The position numbers and the translations under genes are program-made. From positions 1,116,001 through 1,180,000 of the forward strand of contig MU053559.1 of assembly GCA_013239625.1 (NCBI GenBank): 64,000 bases of DNA, given 5' to 3'. This document shows, piece by piece, positions 27,443-39,705 of the stretch (its first letter is position 1; every line of letters starts with the position of its first letter). A model generated the notes under the pieces. The model saw nothing but the letters and a program-made list of their open reading frames with translations. It was not told where the DNA came from and made no database searches. Origin of the DNA: Lama guanicoe. Taxonomy: Eukaryota.

Positions 27443-30205
27443 ATAATGGAATATTATTCAGCCATGAGTAAGAAGGACATTCTGCTGTTTGCAGCAACTT
27501 GGATGGACCTTGAGGGCATTATGCTAAGTGAAATAAGTCAGACAGAGAAAGACAAATACTATATGATCTCACTTATATGTGGGATCTAAAACAAAATAAA
27601 ACAAACAAAATAACAAGCTCACAGATACAAAGAACAGATTGGTGGTTGCCAGAGGTAGGAGGTGGGGAGTGGGTAAAATGCATGAAAGGGGCCAAAAGGT
27701 ACAAATTTCCAGTTATAAAATAAATAAGTCATGGGAATGTAATCTACAGCATGATGACTATAGTTAATGATATTGTATTGCATATTTGAAAGTTGCTAAG
27801 AGAATAAATCTTAAAAGTTCTCATCACAAGAAAAAAAAAACCCTGTAACTATGTATGGTGATGGACGTCACCTAGGCTTATCTCGGTGGTCATTTCACAG
27901 TATATACAAATACCGAATCATGTTGTATACTTGAAACTAATATAATATTGTAAGTCAACTATATCTCAATTTAAAAAACAATAAATAAAAGTATGGTATT
28001 GGTAAAAATAGACAATGGGACAAATAGAGAGCCAGGAAACAGACCCAGGGAAATACAGACAACTGATCTTTGACAAAGCAGCAAAGGCAAATCAACGGAG
28101 AAAGGACAGCCTTTTCAACAAATGGTGCTGAAACTAATTGAATATCCATATGCAAAAAACAATACTTCTAGACGCAGTCCTTACAACTTCTATGAAAATT
28201 AATTCTAAATGGATGTTAGACCTATATGTAAAATGCAAAAGTATAAAACTTCTGCCAATAACAGGAGACAATTTAAGTGACTCTGGGTTTAGCAACGTTT
28301 TCAAATATAACACCGAAAATACATTACATGAAAGAAAAATTGACAAGTTGGACTTCATTAAAATTTTAAAATTCTGCTCTGTGAAAGCCACAGAATGGGA
28401 AAAATACTTGCAAAACCCATACTTGATAAAGAACTTGTATTTAAAATATACAAAGAAAAATAAAATAAAATAAAATAAAATAAAATAAAATATACAAAGA
28501 ACCCTTAAAAATCAACAATAAGAAAACAACAAGCCACATCAAAAAATGGGCAAAAGATCTGACTAGACACTTGATCAGAGAAGATATACAGATGGCAAAT
28601 AAGCATGTAAAACCATATACAACATCATTTTTCATTAGGGAATTGCAAGTTAAAATAATAATAAGATACCACAACACACTTAATAAAATGGCTAAAATCC
28701 AAAAAACTGACAATACCAAATGCTGGTGAGGATGTGATACAAGAAGAATGTTCATTCATTGCTGGTGAGAATGAAAAATGGTGAAAAAGTCTGGAAGACA
28801 GTCTGGCAGTTTCTTATAAAGTTAGCCAGTCTTACCACATGACCCAGCAATTACACTCCTAGTTATTTACCCAAATGAATTGAAAACTATGTCCTCACAA
28901 AAACCTGGACATAAATATTTATAGCAGCTTTATTCATAAGATGTCCTTCAATAGGTGAATGGATAAGCAAACTGTGGTACAGCCAGACAGTGGAATATTA
29001 TTCAGTGATAAAAATAAATGAGCTATCGAGCCATGAAAAGACATGGAGGAAACTTGAGTGCAAATTGCTAACTGAAAAAAGTCAATCTGAAAAGACCACA
29101 GACCATATGATTCCATATACGACATTTTATTTAATTATTTTATTTTGGTTGGGGGGGAGGTAACTAGTTTATTCATTTTTAGAGGAGCTACTGGAGATTG
29201 AACCCAGGACCTCATGCATGCTAAGCAAGCACTCTACCACTTGACATTTTAGAAGAAGCAAAACTAAGAGATACTTTTAAAAAATCAGTGGATGCCAGAG
29301 TTTCAGGCAGAGGGAGAGGACGGATGAACAGCTAAAGCACAGATGAAACAGGTTGGCATGATGGATATATGTCATGATGCATTTGTCAAAACCCACAGAA
29401 TATGAGACACAAAAAGTGAACCCTAGTCTAAACTGTCAACTATAATTAATAGCCAATAATCAATATCGGCTAATTGCAACAAATGAACCACACTAATACA
29501 ACATATTAACAATAGGGGAAACTGTGTGCCAGAGGAGGGGGGTGGTGCCCAGAATGGTATATGAAACCATATCTTCTCAATTATTCTGTAAATCTAAAAC
29601 TGTACTAAAAAATTAAATCACTTGATTGTTTTAATGCTCTTTGCATACAATCCAGCAAATGCACTCATGTGCATTCATCCCACACAAAAATCTTACACAG
29701 TCATAGCATCCTTATTCATAACAGCCAAAAACTGGAAACAACCAAGATGTCCTTCAACCAGTAACTGGTTACGCAAACTGTGGTAAATCCATACCATGGA
29801 ATACTAGTCAGCAATAAAAAGGAACAAATTATTCATATATGCAACAATCTGGATGAACCTCCAGCGAATTATGCCAAGTAAAAAAGCCAGTCCCAAAAGG
29901 TTACTGTATGTTCTATTTATGTAACATTCTTGAAATGACAAAATTATAGGATTGGGGCACAGATTATTGGTTGCCAGGGGTTAAGGAGGGAGAGTGGGAG
30001 GAGGGAAGTGGCTATTAAAGGGCAACACTGAGCAATCCTTGTGGGGATGGAAATGTTCTGTATGTCAATCTCCTGGCTGTGATATTGTACCGAGATTTTT
30101 CAAGATGTTACAATGGGGGAAACTGGGTAAAGAATACATTGCATTTGAATCTACAATTATCTCAAAACTGAAGTTTGTCTAAAAAAATAAAAGAAAGAAA
30201 AATAG
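25300..30205 (+). mobile_element. Stacked L1 ORF2/3' UTR fragments in ZNF157 intron
   Basis: ORF2 peptides such as [42 protein letters not shown] (26658..26906) and several L1 3' ends. Includes MER8, a partial SINE (~29150-29242, minus) and microsatellites. Confidence 0.9.
26117..26339. mobile_element. MER8/Tigger2-derived DNA transposon
   Basis: TIRs AGTTGACCCTTGA.CA / TGTTCAAGGATCAATTG followed by TA. Confidence 0.8.
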
Positions 30206-30233
30206 GGGGGAAATGTAGGCTCCTCCTCCTTAC

Positions 30234-30305
30234 CTCAAATGATCTGCCAAGTTGTCCTGGAACCAGGGCAGGAAACCTCTGGGGTGATTTCCCATTAGCT
30301 GGCAT
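30234..30305 (-). CDS. ZNF157: ZNF157 first coding exon (MPANGKSPQRFPALVPGQLGRSFE)
   Basis: ATG at 30305, 24 codons, then a GAG|GTAAGG donor (phase 0). The peptide matches the recalled human ZNF157 N-terminus MPANGTSPQRFPALIPGEPGRSFE. A candidate acceptor (branch-like GCTGAC, pyrimidine tract, AG) lies at about 30393 or 30386. Confidence 0.9.
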
Positions 30306-32129
30306 GTTCACTCTGGGTATCAGCCCACCTTCCAAAGCTGGAGAGGCCTCTGTATGTGGGCTGCAGTCAGACTGAATGGAAGATCCTGCAGCCTCCAATA
30401 AGGGGAAAAGTCAGCAGCTCCACAGAGACACCAAGTCTTAAAAGGACAGTATCCATGTCATCAGTGTCATTGCACATTCACCCCACAGAGTTCAGCAACT
30501 CTCACTTGAGTATTAGTCAGGGTGGACTATGGAAACAATCATAAGATTTGGAGTCAAATTAATGAGCTCAGAGTCTCATTCTTTGGTGGCTCCACAGGGA
30601 GTGCTTCACACTTTACACAGCCAGCCCATCCCTCAATTCTAGGTTCAAGGCAGATCTGGGTTTGGGGAGAGGGAGAGGGTGGAACTGAGGCAGTGAATGG
30701 TGCTGAAGTCCCATGGGGTAGGCCGGGGAAGGACTTGTCCATGGGATCCCTGGTGGGTGACGGTGGAGGCAGAAAACCTGGAAACCTGGTAATCTGAAGG
30801 AAAGGGAGCTCTTCTGCCCAATTGAACTATTTTGCCACTTTAGGGTGAAAAATCCCTCTTAAATTCTTCTACAGGGAAGCTCTCAGCCTCTTCTTTCCAG
30901 ACGATGCAACATTAATAATATGAGGGGGTAGGAAACATGCTGCTTTTAACCTAACACCAAAAAAAAGCATTTGACACAATTCAGCAGTCATTCCTAATAA
31001 AAACTCAAATTAAAATGAGTTAGAATTAAATCACTTAAATATCACAAAAATCATTTACAAAACACATAGCCCTGAAATACTATGCTAAAAAGTAAAATGA
31101 TGAAGCAATGGCCATTAAAATCAATAAAAAGATAGGGATGTCTGATCCAACTCAGCATTGTTTTTCTGGCTGCAGCTCACACAATAGAAGATGAAATAAT
31201 CAGAATAAATATTGCAAAGAAGTGAAAATGTAGCTTTCTTTGGTAGTGATATGCTTTTACACAGAGAAAAGCTACCAGACTCTACCAGAATTCATTGGGT
31301 AATTTGATAAGGGGCTGGATACAAGATAATATTATAAGAGCGGATAGTTTTTTTCCCTCTGTAATAACAATGATCAAATGAAAACAGAAAAAAATCCATT
31401 CGTAATGACAGCAAGAAAAATATAGAATATGTAAAATGAACTTTTTGAAGGAGCTGCACCTATACAGTTTTAAAAGTTTTTAAGAACTGACAAATCTAAA
31501 ATAGTCACACAGACATACCATATCCCTGGATAAAAAGATTTTAGAAAAATGTCAACCCTCCCAAAATCATTATAGTAAAGTAATGTAAAGAATAAATAAA
31601 AAAGAAAAACTAAATACAAGGCTCAATAATAATAATACGGTGTATATAAAATTTTGTGGAATGCAGCTAAAGAGATTCTTAAGGGGAAATTCATGTTCTT
31701 AAATTTTTTTTAACAAAGAAAGGCTGAACATTAAGAATTGACATCCAATTTAAGAAGTTAGATAAAGAGACAATAGTACAGATAGCAGAAATTAAGGAAA
31801 TAGAAAACAAAGGGACATCAGAATGGATCAACAAGCCCAAAAGTTGATTCTTTGGAAAGGCTAATAAAATTAGCAAATCTCTGGGGCGACTGAGGGAAAA
31901 ATCTAAAAGCACACACTATTAGGACTTGACAAGACGCAGCAAGGAATCTAAAAACTGACTCCCTCAGAAGCCTGGATCCGTGACTCGCATATATTCCCAT
32001 TCACCAGATTCTTTACTTCTCCACCAACTGATCCCACAAACTGACAGTCTGTCATTCTCAAAAGCCAACAAAGCCATCACCTCAAAACCCACTGATGACT
32101 GTCACGCCACAAACCCTCATGCACCCGCT

Positions 32130-32470
32130 TTAGCGGCGCCCGCCAACAAGACTTAAAACAGCCTCCGAGGGCCACTTCCGTTTCCTGTCCTCACCTCTTG
32201 CCCCTTCTGGGGCTGTTGATTTCGCACACGATCACACAAGAGCTGTGAGGCTGCGGTCTACTCACTCTGAACAAGGTGCGCTTATGGGGCTGCAGAGACT
32301 TTGTCCCGGAGCCGCGGCGCCGGGCGAGGAGCATGGCTGCGCCGGGGCCCTTCCGCCGTGGGGGCCGCCATCTTGGGGCCCGTGCCGTACAGCGGGCTGT
32401 TCCATGGAAGGCGGGGGCGGGGGGTGTCGGTCAGGGGTGAAAAACTTCTTGAAGGCAAGCTTCCGAGAGA
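32130..32470 (-). promoter_or_regulatory. ZNF157: CpG-island promoter and probable non-coding first exon of ZNF157
   Basis: CpG-dense stretch 2 kb upstream of the first coding exon. It has a YY1 motif CCGCCATCTTG (32365-32375), a GC box (~32410-32422) and an ETS motif CACTTCCG (~32173-32180). Minus-strand donors are CAGA|GTGAGT (exon end 32266) and AGAG|GTGAGG (exon end 32195). Confidence 0.75.
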
Positions 32471-32544
32471 TTGCTGGTCTTTGGAACGGGGTCCTATAGG
32501 TCTGTTCAAAGTTTACAGAAGCAGGAGTGTCAAACCCCATCCTG

Positions 32545-32835
32545 ATCCTCGAGGGAGATACACTGGGGGGGGGGGTGTAGTCAGGACTACAGGTTCCTCT
32601 TGGGCGATGTCACTAAGGAAAGAAGTTAGAATGGTTCAGTCCCCCCCCCCTGGTTGATACCACTGGGCAAGAGAGGGGAGTCAGGGTGGTACAAGCCTCT
32701 CCTTGGAGAGACCACTGGGGAAGAGGGAGTAAGTAAAGTCAGGTCTTCTTCTGGGCGATACCACTGGAGAAGAGAGGGGAGGAGCCAAGGTGGGGCCGTC
32801 TCCTTTTGATGTACTGGAATTAGTAAGGAGGAGAT
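32545..32835. repeat. ~50-bp degenerate minisatellite, 6 copies
   Basis: GATACCACTGG-like anchors at 32557, 32606, 32656, 32708, 32757 and 32808. Confidence 0.75.
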
Positions 32836-33864
32836 TTTAATCTCCCTCAATCTCCTTTACCCCACTAAAATGATAGTAGCTAGGAATAATAATACTAGCC
32901 TTAGATATGGACAACTAATGTTTTCCAGCAAATTATCAATAGGAAAACATTTAGAAAATGTTATAAGCACACTCTCAATGAAAATACATCAAGACATGCC
33001 CCCCACACCTGCCAACCAGGTTAGCCTCTCTTGTATGGAAATTCTGGAGCTGCTACTGACTCGGGGGAGAAGAGATTTCTGGGTGTTCTTCACCTCTGAA
33101 CTCCTATACACATTCTTTAAAGCCTGGTCCTAGTATATATACCCTCCTGCACGAAGCTTATGAGACAGGCTCTTTACTCTGCTGAAGGTGTTTCAAACCC
33201 AGCAGGTAGACCCTGGCTAAGCTTAGGCATGGCTTGCTGGGCACCGTAAGGACATTCATTTCCTCTCCCTGGGCCTCAGCTCGACAGATCTGGAGAATTT
33301 GAGTGTCAACCTCTCAAACGATCCCATTTTCTCTGTCTCCACCTGCGGTATTTGTGAACTGGATGGAAGACAGAATGGCAAGTGTGAGAACATTGCTGTA
33401 ACACACACACATCAACAGAAATTTCCAAAACTCACTATCTTTGTGACTTCTGGTCTCAAATCCTGGGCTCTGTTCTCTTTCACCATCAATGCCTCTCTGA
33501 GCTGATCTCAAATCTGGGCCTTTCTTAACTCTCCCAACACCTATGTTGCACTTTTCTGATCTGGATTTATGTTCTTTACTAATGATTCAATCATCAGTGT
33601 CCTTGTATATTGACCCTGAATCCAAACCGCTTGCTAACTCTTCCACCATATGTGCCCTTCTTGTGTCAACTGAGAAACTAGGCATCTGTTAATTTTCCAC
33701 TGTCAATGCCTCTCTGGTCTAGATCTCAACTATTGGACCATGGCTAACTTTCCTACCATCAATGTCCTTTTTTTTTTACCCCTCTAATCTTTTTTTAAAG
33801 GTATTTTGGGGGTTTTTGGTTTTTGCTTTTATAACATTAATTTTTTGTACAATTAATTTATTTA

Positions 33865-33981
33865 TTTGGGGGGGTGATTAGGTTTATTTATTTATTTATT
33901 TTAATGGAGGAGGTACTGGGGATTGAACCCAGGACCTCGTGCATGCTAAGCACACACTCTACCACTGAGCTACACCCTCCC
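33865..33981 (-). mobile_element. vic-1-type SINE
   Basis: GGTACTGGGGATTGAACCCAGGACCTCGTGCATGCTAAGC..CTACCACTGAGCTACACCCTCCC. Confidence 0.92.
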
Positions 33982-34379
33982 TACAGTCCTTTTGATTAGC
34001 CCTCCAAAACAGACCTCTGTTACAGGTGCATGGGTTCAAGTTCAAACCAGAAAGGAAATGATATTTATAGACTAACAGAGGACAAAGTTCAAGAACTGGA
34101 CCATTGTGGCTTAAAGCTCATTCATGTTAGAATTCTGCTTACACACCTGGGCTTGTGGCCTCTAAAACAAGATGGTGATTTCTGGGAAAATCATTAACAG
34201 ACATTTTTAGATCAAACCAGAGAGATTAATGATGGAAAAGTTAGTATTTTCCTGGGATACAGACATGGCATAGTTAACGGAAGCCCAGGTTCAAGGTCAG
34301 AAGTAATGATTTGTCACTTCAGAAATTAGATTATAATATTATGACTTCAATCTTGTGTTCTCTCTCTGTCTCCCTCCTA

Positions 34380-34722
34380 TAACTCACTCTGGGAGAAGCC
34401 GGCTGCTGTCATAGTGACACTCAAGCAGCCTTTGGAGAGACCCATGTGCCAAGCACTCCTGCCAATAGCCACTGAAGAACTGTGGCCTCTAGCCTGTAGC
34501 CAGGTGAATGAGCTGCCTTGGAATTGAAACCTCCAGCCTCAGCTGAGAAAGCCCCAGATAACAACTTGACTGCAGCGTCAGGAGAGACCCTGAGATAGAA
34601 CCACGCAGCCAAACCACCCCCAAATTCCTGACCCCACAGACACTGGGAAATAATAAATGTTTGCTATTTTAAACTTCTATGTTTAAGGGTCATTCTTTAT
34701 GCTGCAATAGATAACTAATTCA
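34380..34722 (+). mobile_element. MaLR MLT1 3' portion
   Basis: Ends AATAAATGTTTGCTATTTTAA..TATGCTGCAATAGATAACTAAT. Confidence 0.8.
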
Positions 34723-35525
34723 GGCATTAAAAGTTTCGGTATTTTATTCATCATGGATTTTTTACATTAATTTTGACTTTGAAAAGTACTGCACTAAAAT
34801 GCCATTTATTTTGATTGCTGAGGGTTTTTTTGTTTTTTGTTTTTTGTTTTTGTTTTTTTTTGGTGCCCCCTGAAATTTTGCACTTTGAGGTGAGTGTTTC
34901 TCTTGCCTCACCCTAGTCCCAGCCCTGCTTAAAAAAAACAAAAAACAAAAAACAAAAAAAACCTTGTTCTCTAAAATCATAGACAATCAGAAACTTTGTT
35001 ATTGGAAATTGTATCGGTAAGAATGAAACATTCCACTCTTGCCTGGAGGATCCAAGTCACTTTGATACAGAGAAGCAGATTCAATTTCCAACGCAGGTTC
35101 AGAGCTTCAAATAAGGGGCATCTGAAGCAAACACGTTGCATCTATTTTTTTTCTAATTTTATTGAAGTGTAGTTGATTTACAATGTTAGTTTCAGGTGTA
35201 CAGCAAAGTGATTCAGTTATACATATACATACATATGTATTTTTTCTTTTCAGATTCTTTCCCATTATATATTATTACAAGAAATTGTGTATAATTCCCT
35301 GTGCTCTACAATAGGTCCTCATGTCACATCTATTTTTAATTTGGTGTTTCTAAATAAAAAGGACTCTGGATCCACTTCACAGTCCAGACTTGACACTGAC
35401 CCTTTTACATACCAACTTACTTTGCTTTGGGCTAATCAAAACATTGCTTCATTTAAATTTTAACTAAACTCCACTCTTCCCCAACATCCTATAGTAATCC
35501 TACATCTTTCTTTCTTTGGTGAGAC

Positions 35526-35640
35526 TAGGGTGATCAATCATCCCTGTTTGCCCAGGACTGAGGGATTTACTGGAACAAAGGATCTTCAGTGCTAAAATCA
35601 GGAAAGTCCAGGGCAAAACTGAGACAATTTGGCCACCCTA
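35526..35640. mobile_element. MER81-like hAT MITE
   Basis: TAGGGTGA...GCCACCCTA TIRs, 115 bp. Confidence 0.75.
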
Positions 35641-36949
35641 AGTGAGATCCTCCACAGGTCTATGATCTGTGGCCTCCCTTACTGCAGCAAGTTAATAAAC
35701 CCATTTCTGTCAGACTATGGATGTGGCCCTTGTGGGCTTTATCAGATGGCCTTTATCAAGATCATTAACGTGGAATGGACAGGTTCACAGAGGTCAAGTT
35801 TGAGATCAGTCCTAGCATGCACTGATGGAAAAATTAACAGGCTTGGGTTCCAGTTTCAGATCAGAGGGCCAGTGATGAAGGAATAGTTCATTGAAGGCTG
35901 AATGCTAAACAATACCAGAAGGGCATCAAGAGTGAAAGAATTATCAGGGCTCTTGATTACAGGTCAGGCTAGAGAAATACTAATAGGATTGAAATTTGGT
36001 CCAGAGGTAGTGGAAATATTAACAGGAGCCTGGATTTTAGATTTTGACCAGAGAGTCGTAGGTGATGGATTAAATAACGAATGACAAATTCAGACTCCTA
36101 CCAGATGAGCAGTGGTGATGGAAGAGTTAATGGGAGCTGGCAATTTGAGCTCTCTTGTCTAGACCAAGTCTGAGGGATTGTAGTTAGATGGTACAGCTGG
36201 CCAATGGCTGTGTATGAAAGGTGGGATATGGTTTCTGGTGGCCAATGGGATGGAGCAGCAGCCTGTTACTAGGGAGAAGCTCCTGTTGCTATGTGCAGAG
36301 TGAGAGAGACATGGGGTCTAGCCTGAGTTGCTACAGGCAACTGGTTAGCCAATGACTGCAGAAGTTGGGCTTTGGCCTCTCCAGCCTATGCTAAACTGTT
36401 GCTAGGTAGTAACCCCCATTGCCATGTGAAAGGAGGCAGCTAAAGTGGCACCTGAGAGGCTGTAGACAAAAGGCGCAGTTAGTCAATGGCAGAGTAAGAA
36501 TCAGGTTCTGGCCTCCCCAGTCACATGAGGCTGCCTGGTCTGTAAATCAGCAAGGTCCTCATTGTCCAATGCCAGGGGGAGCCAGTGCATAGCCTGAGGG
36601 GGGACAGATAGAAGACATAGATGTGTGAGGGAAGTGGAAGTGGAAGTGGGTGGGAGCAAGACCTGAGGTTTCTTTGGGCAGATGGTGCAGCTGGCCAGCG
36701 GCTCTGTGTGGGAGGCAGACTTTAGTCTCCCTGCCCAGTGAAATGCAGGAACATCCCTGTTACTATGCAGAAATAACTTTGCTCTTCCCAGTTGTATCAG
36801 GAAGGATGAAACCTCTCACTCTTGCCTGGAGAATGTAAATCACTTGGACACAGAGCAGCAGCCTCAATTTCCAACACAGGTGGAAGAGGAGGAGGCAACT
36901 TAGCACGAGGGGCTGCAGACAGATGACACAATAAAGGAAAAGAAACAAA

Positions 36950-37775
36950 TGAAATTAACTTTAATAGTATATTTCATTTAAACTACACATCCAAAACATT
37001 ATCATTCCAACATGTAATCAATTTTTTAAATTATTAGTGAGATATTTGGCACTCTTTGTGTTGGAGAAAGTCTGTGAAATCAGATGTCTATTTTACACGT
37101 ACAACGCTCCTCAAGTGAATGCTAAATTTTCAGGAGAAATACTCGATTTATATTTAGACTTCATAAAATTTACAGATGAAAATGTAGATTAATATTCATA
37201 AGTTGTTCCAAACATACTTTAAAAGTTTTCCAATAACTGAATTGAGTATTTTTTAACAGAAGAAATGTTTAATATTACCAAAATGTATGTCATTACATTT
37301 TGAACAGTTTTTCTTTTAAACGGTGGCTAAGTATTTGAAAGGTTTGCCAGGGAAAGGTGGTGACTCTGATCTCAAAGCTCAGTTTGTGGTTAATAGGGAC
37401 AGGACAGCATTTCAAATCTTTTACTTTTGGGGGGAGGGAGGAAGATAATCAGGTTTGCTTTTTTTTATTTTTTAATGGAGGTTTTTAAAATTTTTTAATG
37501 GAGGTACTGGGTGTTGAACCCAGGACCTTGTGCATACTAAGCACACACTCTACCACTGAGCTATACGCTCCACTCCCCATTACAGATCTTTTAATCCAAA
37601 GTTGTGTTGCACTTTATTGAAGCACTGGATCTTCCATTTGAGTATCTATTTTAAATTTTTGATTAATTAAAACGAATAAAATTTTAAATTATGAATTATC
37701 AGTCTCATTAACCCCATTTCAAGTGCTCAATAGCCACATATGACTAGTGTTTGCCATGTCAAATGGCACAACTCT
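36950..37775. mobile_element. Charlie/MER33-like DNA transposon with nested retrocopy fragment and vic-1 SINE (~37425-37575, minus)
   Basis: CATTTCAAGTGCTCAATAGCCACATATGACTAGTG end motif; TTGAGTAT duplicated at 37242 and 37638. Confidence 0.65.
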
Positions 37776-38222
37776 AGGCAATATGCCATTGATGGTGGTC
37801 AAGTTAAAAGAGGCATGGTTTTGAGTTGTAGACCAGATGGGCATGAATGGTAGAGACCAGGATTGAAGATATATAAAGATGAGCCCTGATGGTGAATTGT
37901 TAACAGAAACATTCAAGCACAGATCGAAGTAGCACTGATAGTGGAAGAGTTAACAGAGGCTTGAGTTTGAGGTCAGACCTAAGAGGCATTGATGGTTAAA
38001 AAATAGTTTCCAGTCCAGACGAGATAGCATAGACCCATTTTCTCCCTGTTCCTTCCTGCTAAACACAACTATCAAGCAGCTATTGGGCATATTAATCAAG
38101 TTAAAGATTGACAAAAGGGCCAGAGTCCCTTGGATTGACTGTTTGCTGTGGTCCCTGAGCCTTTTGCACAAGGATGGGTGAAATAGTCAGAGGGTGGAAA
38201 AGGAACCTTTTCAGGGCTCATT

Positions 38223-38625
38223 GACATTGTAAAAGAACAAATCTGACTCCATATTAGATCTGTTCCTTTGACTTTAACCCTGTGCCCTGTTTCCTAGGCT
38301 TAGTCTTGCTGGTTCTGCACCTTTTGTAAAAGAATGTTATCTATAGCCTGAAACATACAGAACAGACTATTCTCAAGGCTCTGACCTTTCAGGATATTAA
38401 CACTTTTCCATTCATATAAAGATAACAAATTGCAGAATAGAAAATAATGTTTGTTTTGTTGGAAGTTTACAAGGACACCATGATCTGACCCATGTGGACA
38501 GCTACAGGAACAAAGGATTCCAAGAACAAAGAATTCCTGCACCAAGAAGTTTGCAACAACCAAGCGTACTCCCTCCCTTTTTAATATAAAAGGAGCCTGA
38601 ATTCTAACTTGGGGAAGATGATTAA
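38223..38625 (+). mobile_element. ERV1-type LTR fragment, followed by vic-1 SINE (~38663-38790)
   Basis: TG..AAAAGAACAAATCTGACTCCATATT start typical of MER4-group LTRs; TATAAAA at ~38585. Confidence 0.55.
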
Positions 38626-39389
38626 TTTTTTATAGACAGAATGTAATTAAGATAAAAATCTAAGGGAGGGTATAGGTCAGTGGTAGTGTTTTCTCAGCAG
38701 GCACAAAGTCCTGGGTTCAATCCCCAACACCTCCATTAAAAAAACTAAAATAAATAAATGAATAAACCTAATTACCTACCCCCCCAAAAAATTTTTGATG
38801 CAACGTTGTAAACTGACTATACTTCAATAAAAATATATTTTTAAAAAACAGAAAAAATAAAATAGTTCATAAAAAACAAGACATTAATGATACAAAGGAA
38901 GCTAAAAAAAAAAAGTCTATAGATTGGTATGTTTAAACAGGCTTTATGTGAAGTGGCTGCATCTTTTTATCTGATTGTATCTGACAGGGGAAAGTTTCCC
39001 CTATGTAACACTGTAAAACAGAAGGCATGTAAATCTGCCCTTTAAGCTATGGTAATTGGACATGTTAAATGGGAATCTGTAAGACTGCCTGAGTCCACAG
39101 TATAGAAGAGAAGCTGGTAGGGACAAATTCTCTGTGTAATAGCTCTACATGAAGCTTAGTCTGGGCAAAAGCCTGTGAACATCTCCTAGTGATGACTCCT
39201 GGGACTTTGAATTTCCATTTCAGGGGTACTTACTACCTTGTTATTGGACTTCATTAATTAATGGTGCCGTATAATGAAAAAGAATATGAAAAGGAATATA
39301 TGTATGCATACGTATGACTGAAACATTATGCCGTATACCAGAAATTGACAAAACGCTGTAAGCTGACTATGCTTCAATTTTAAAATATT

Positions 39390-39705
39390 AATGAATAGGG
39401 CACAGCCATATGGAAATTAGAGAAGTACGTTAAGGTTGGACAGGTTGATGCCCATCAGAAGAACCCCTTTTCAGGTTTGGAAAGTGACTGAAATTGACAA
39501 GCAGATATCCCCCGTGCTCGCTTAACGTGGCCACTTGGTCCATGAAATGAGTGGACATGAGGGCACTACAGCAATGCAGAGATGGGGTGAATCTAGATGT
39601 AGTCCTCTTGTAGCCTCTGAGGCACAAAATGCCAATGACAACTGTTCTGTCTGCCAACAAAAGAGACAGAGCCTGCAAATGGCTACGTGGCAGATTCCTT
39701 GGTGG
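39390..39705 (+). mobile_element. ERVL-class pol remnant (RNase H end / integrase HHCC)
   Basis: KVGQVDAHQKNP, then HEMSGHEGTTAMQRWGESRCSPLVASEAQNANDNCSVCQQ from 39541 (HHCC zinc-binding motif). Confidence 0.75.

Larger units (their letters stand above)
33290..38130. repeat. Discontinuous degenerate ~54-bp array in two orientations
   Basis: Unit ~GAAGAGTTAACAGAGGC.TGAGTTTGAGATCAGACCAGAGAGGCATTGATGGTG. It lies on minus at ~33290-33770 and on plus at ~34030-34310, 35760-36170 and 37780-38130. Confidence 0.7.
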
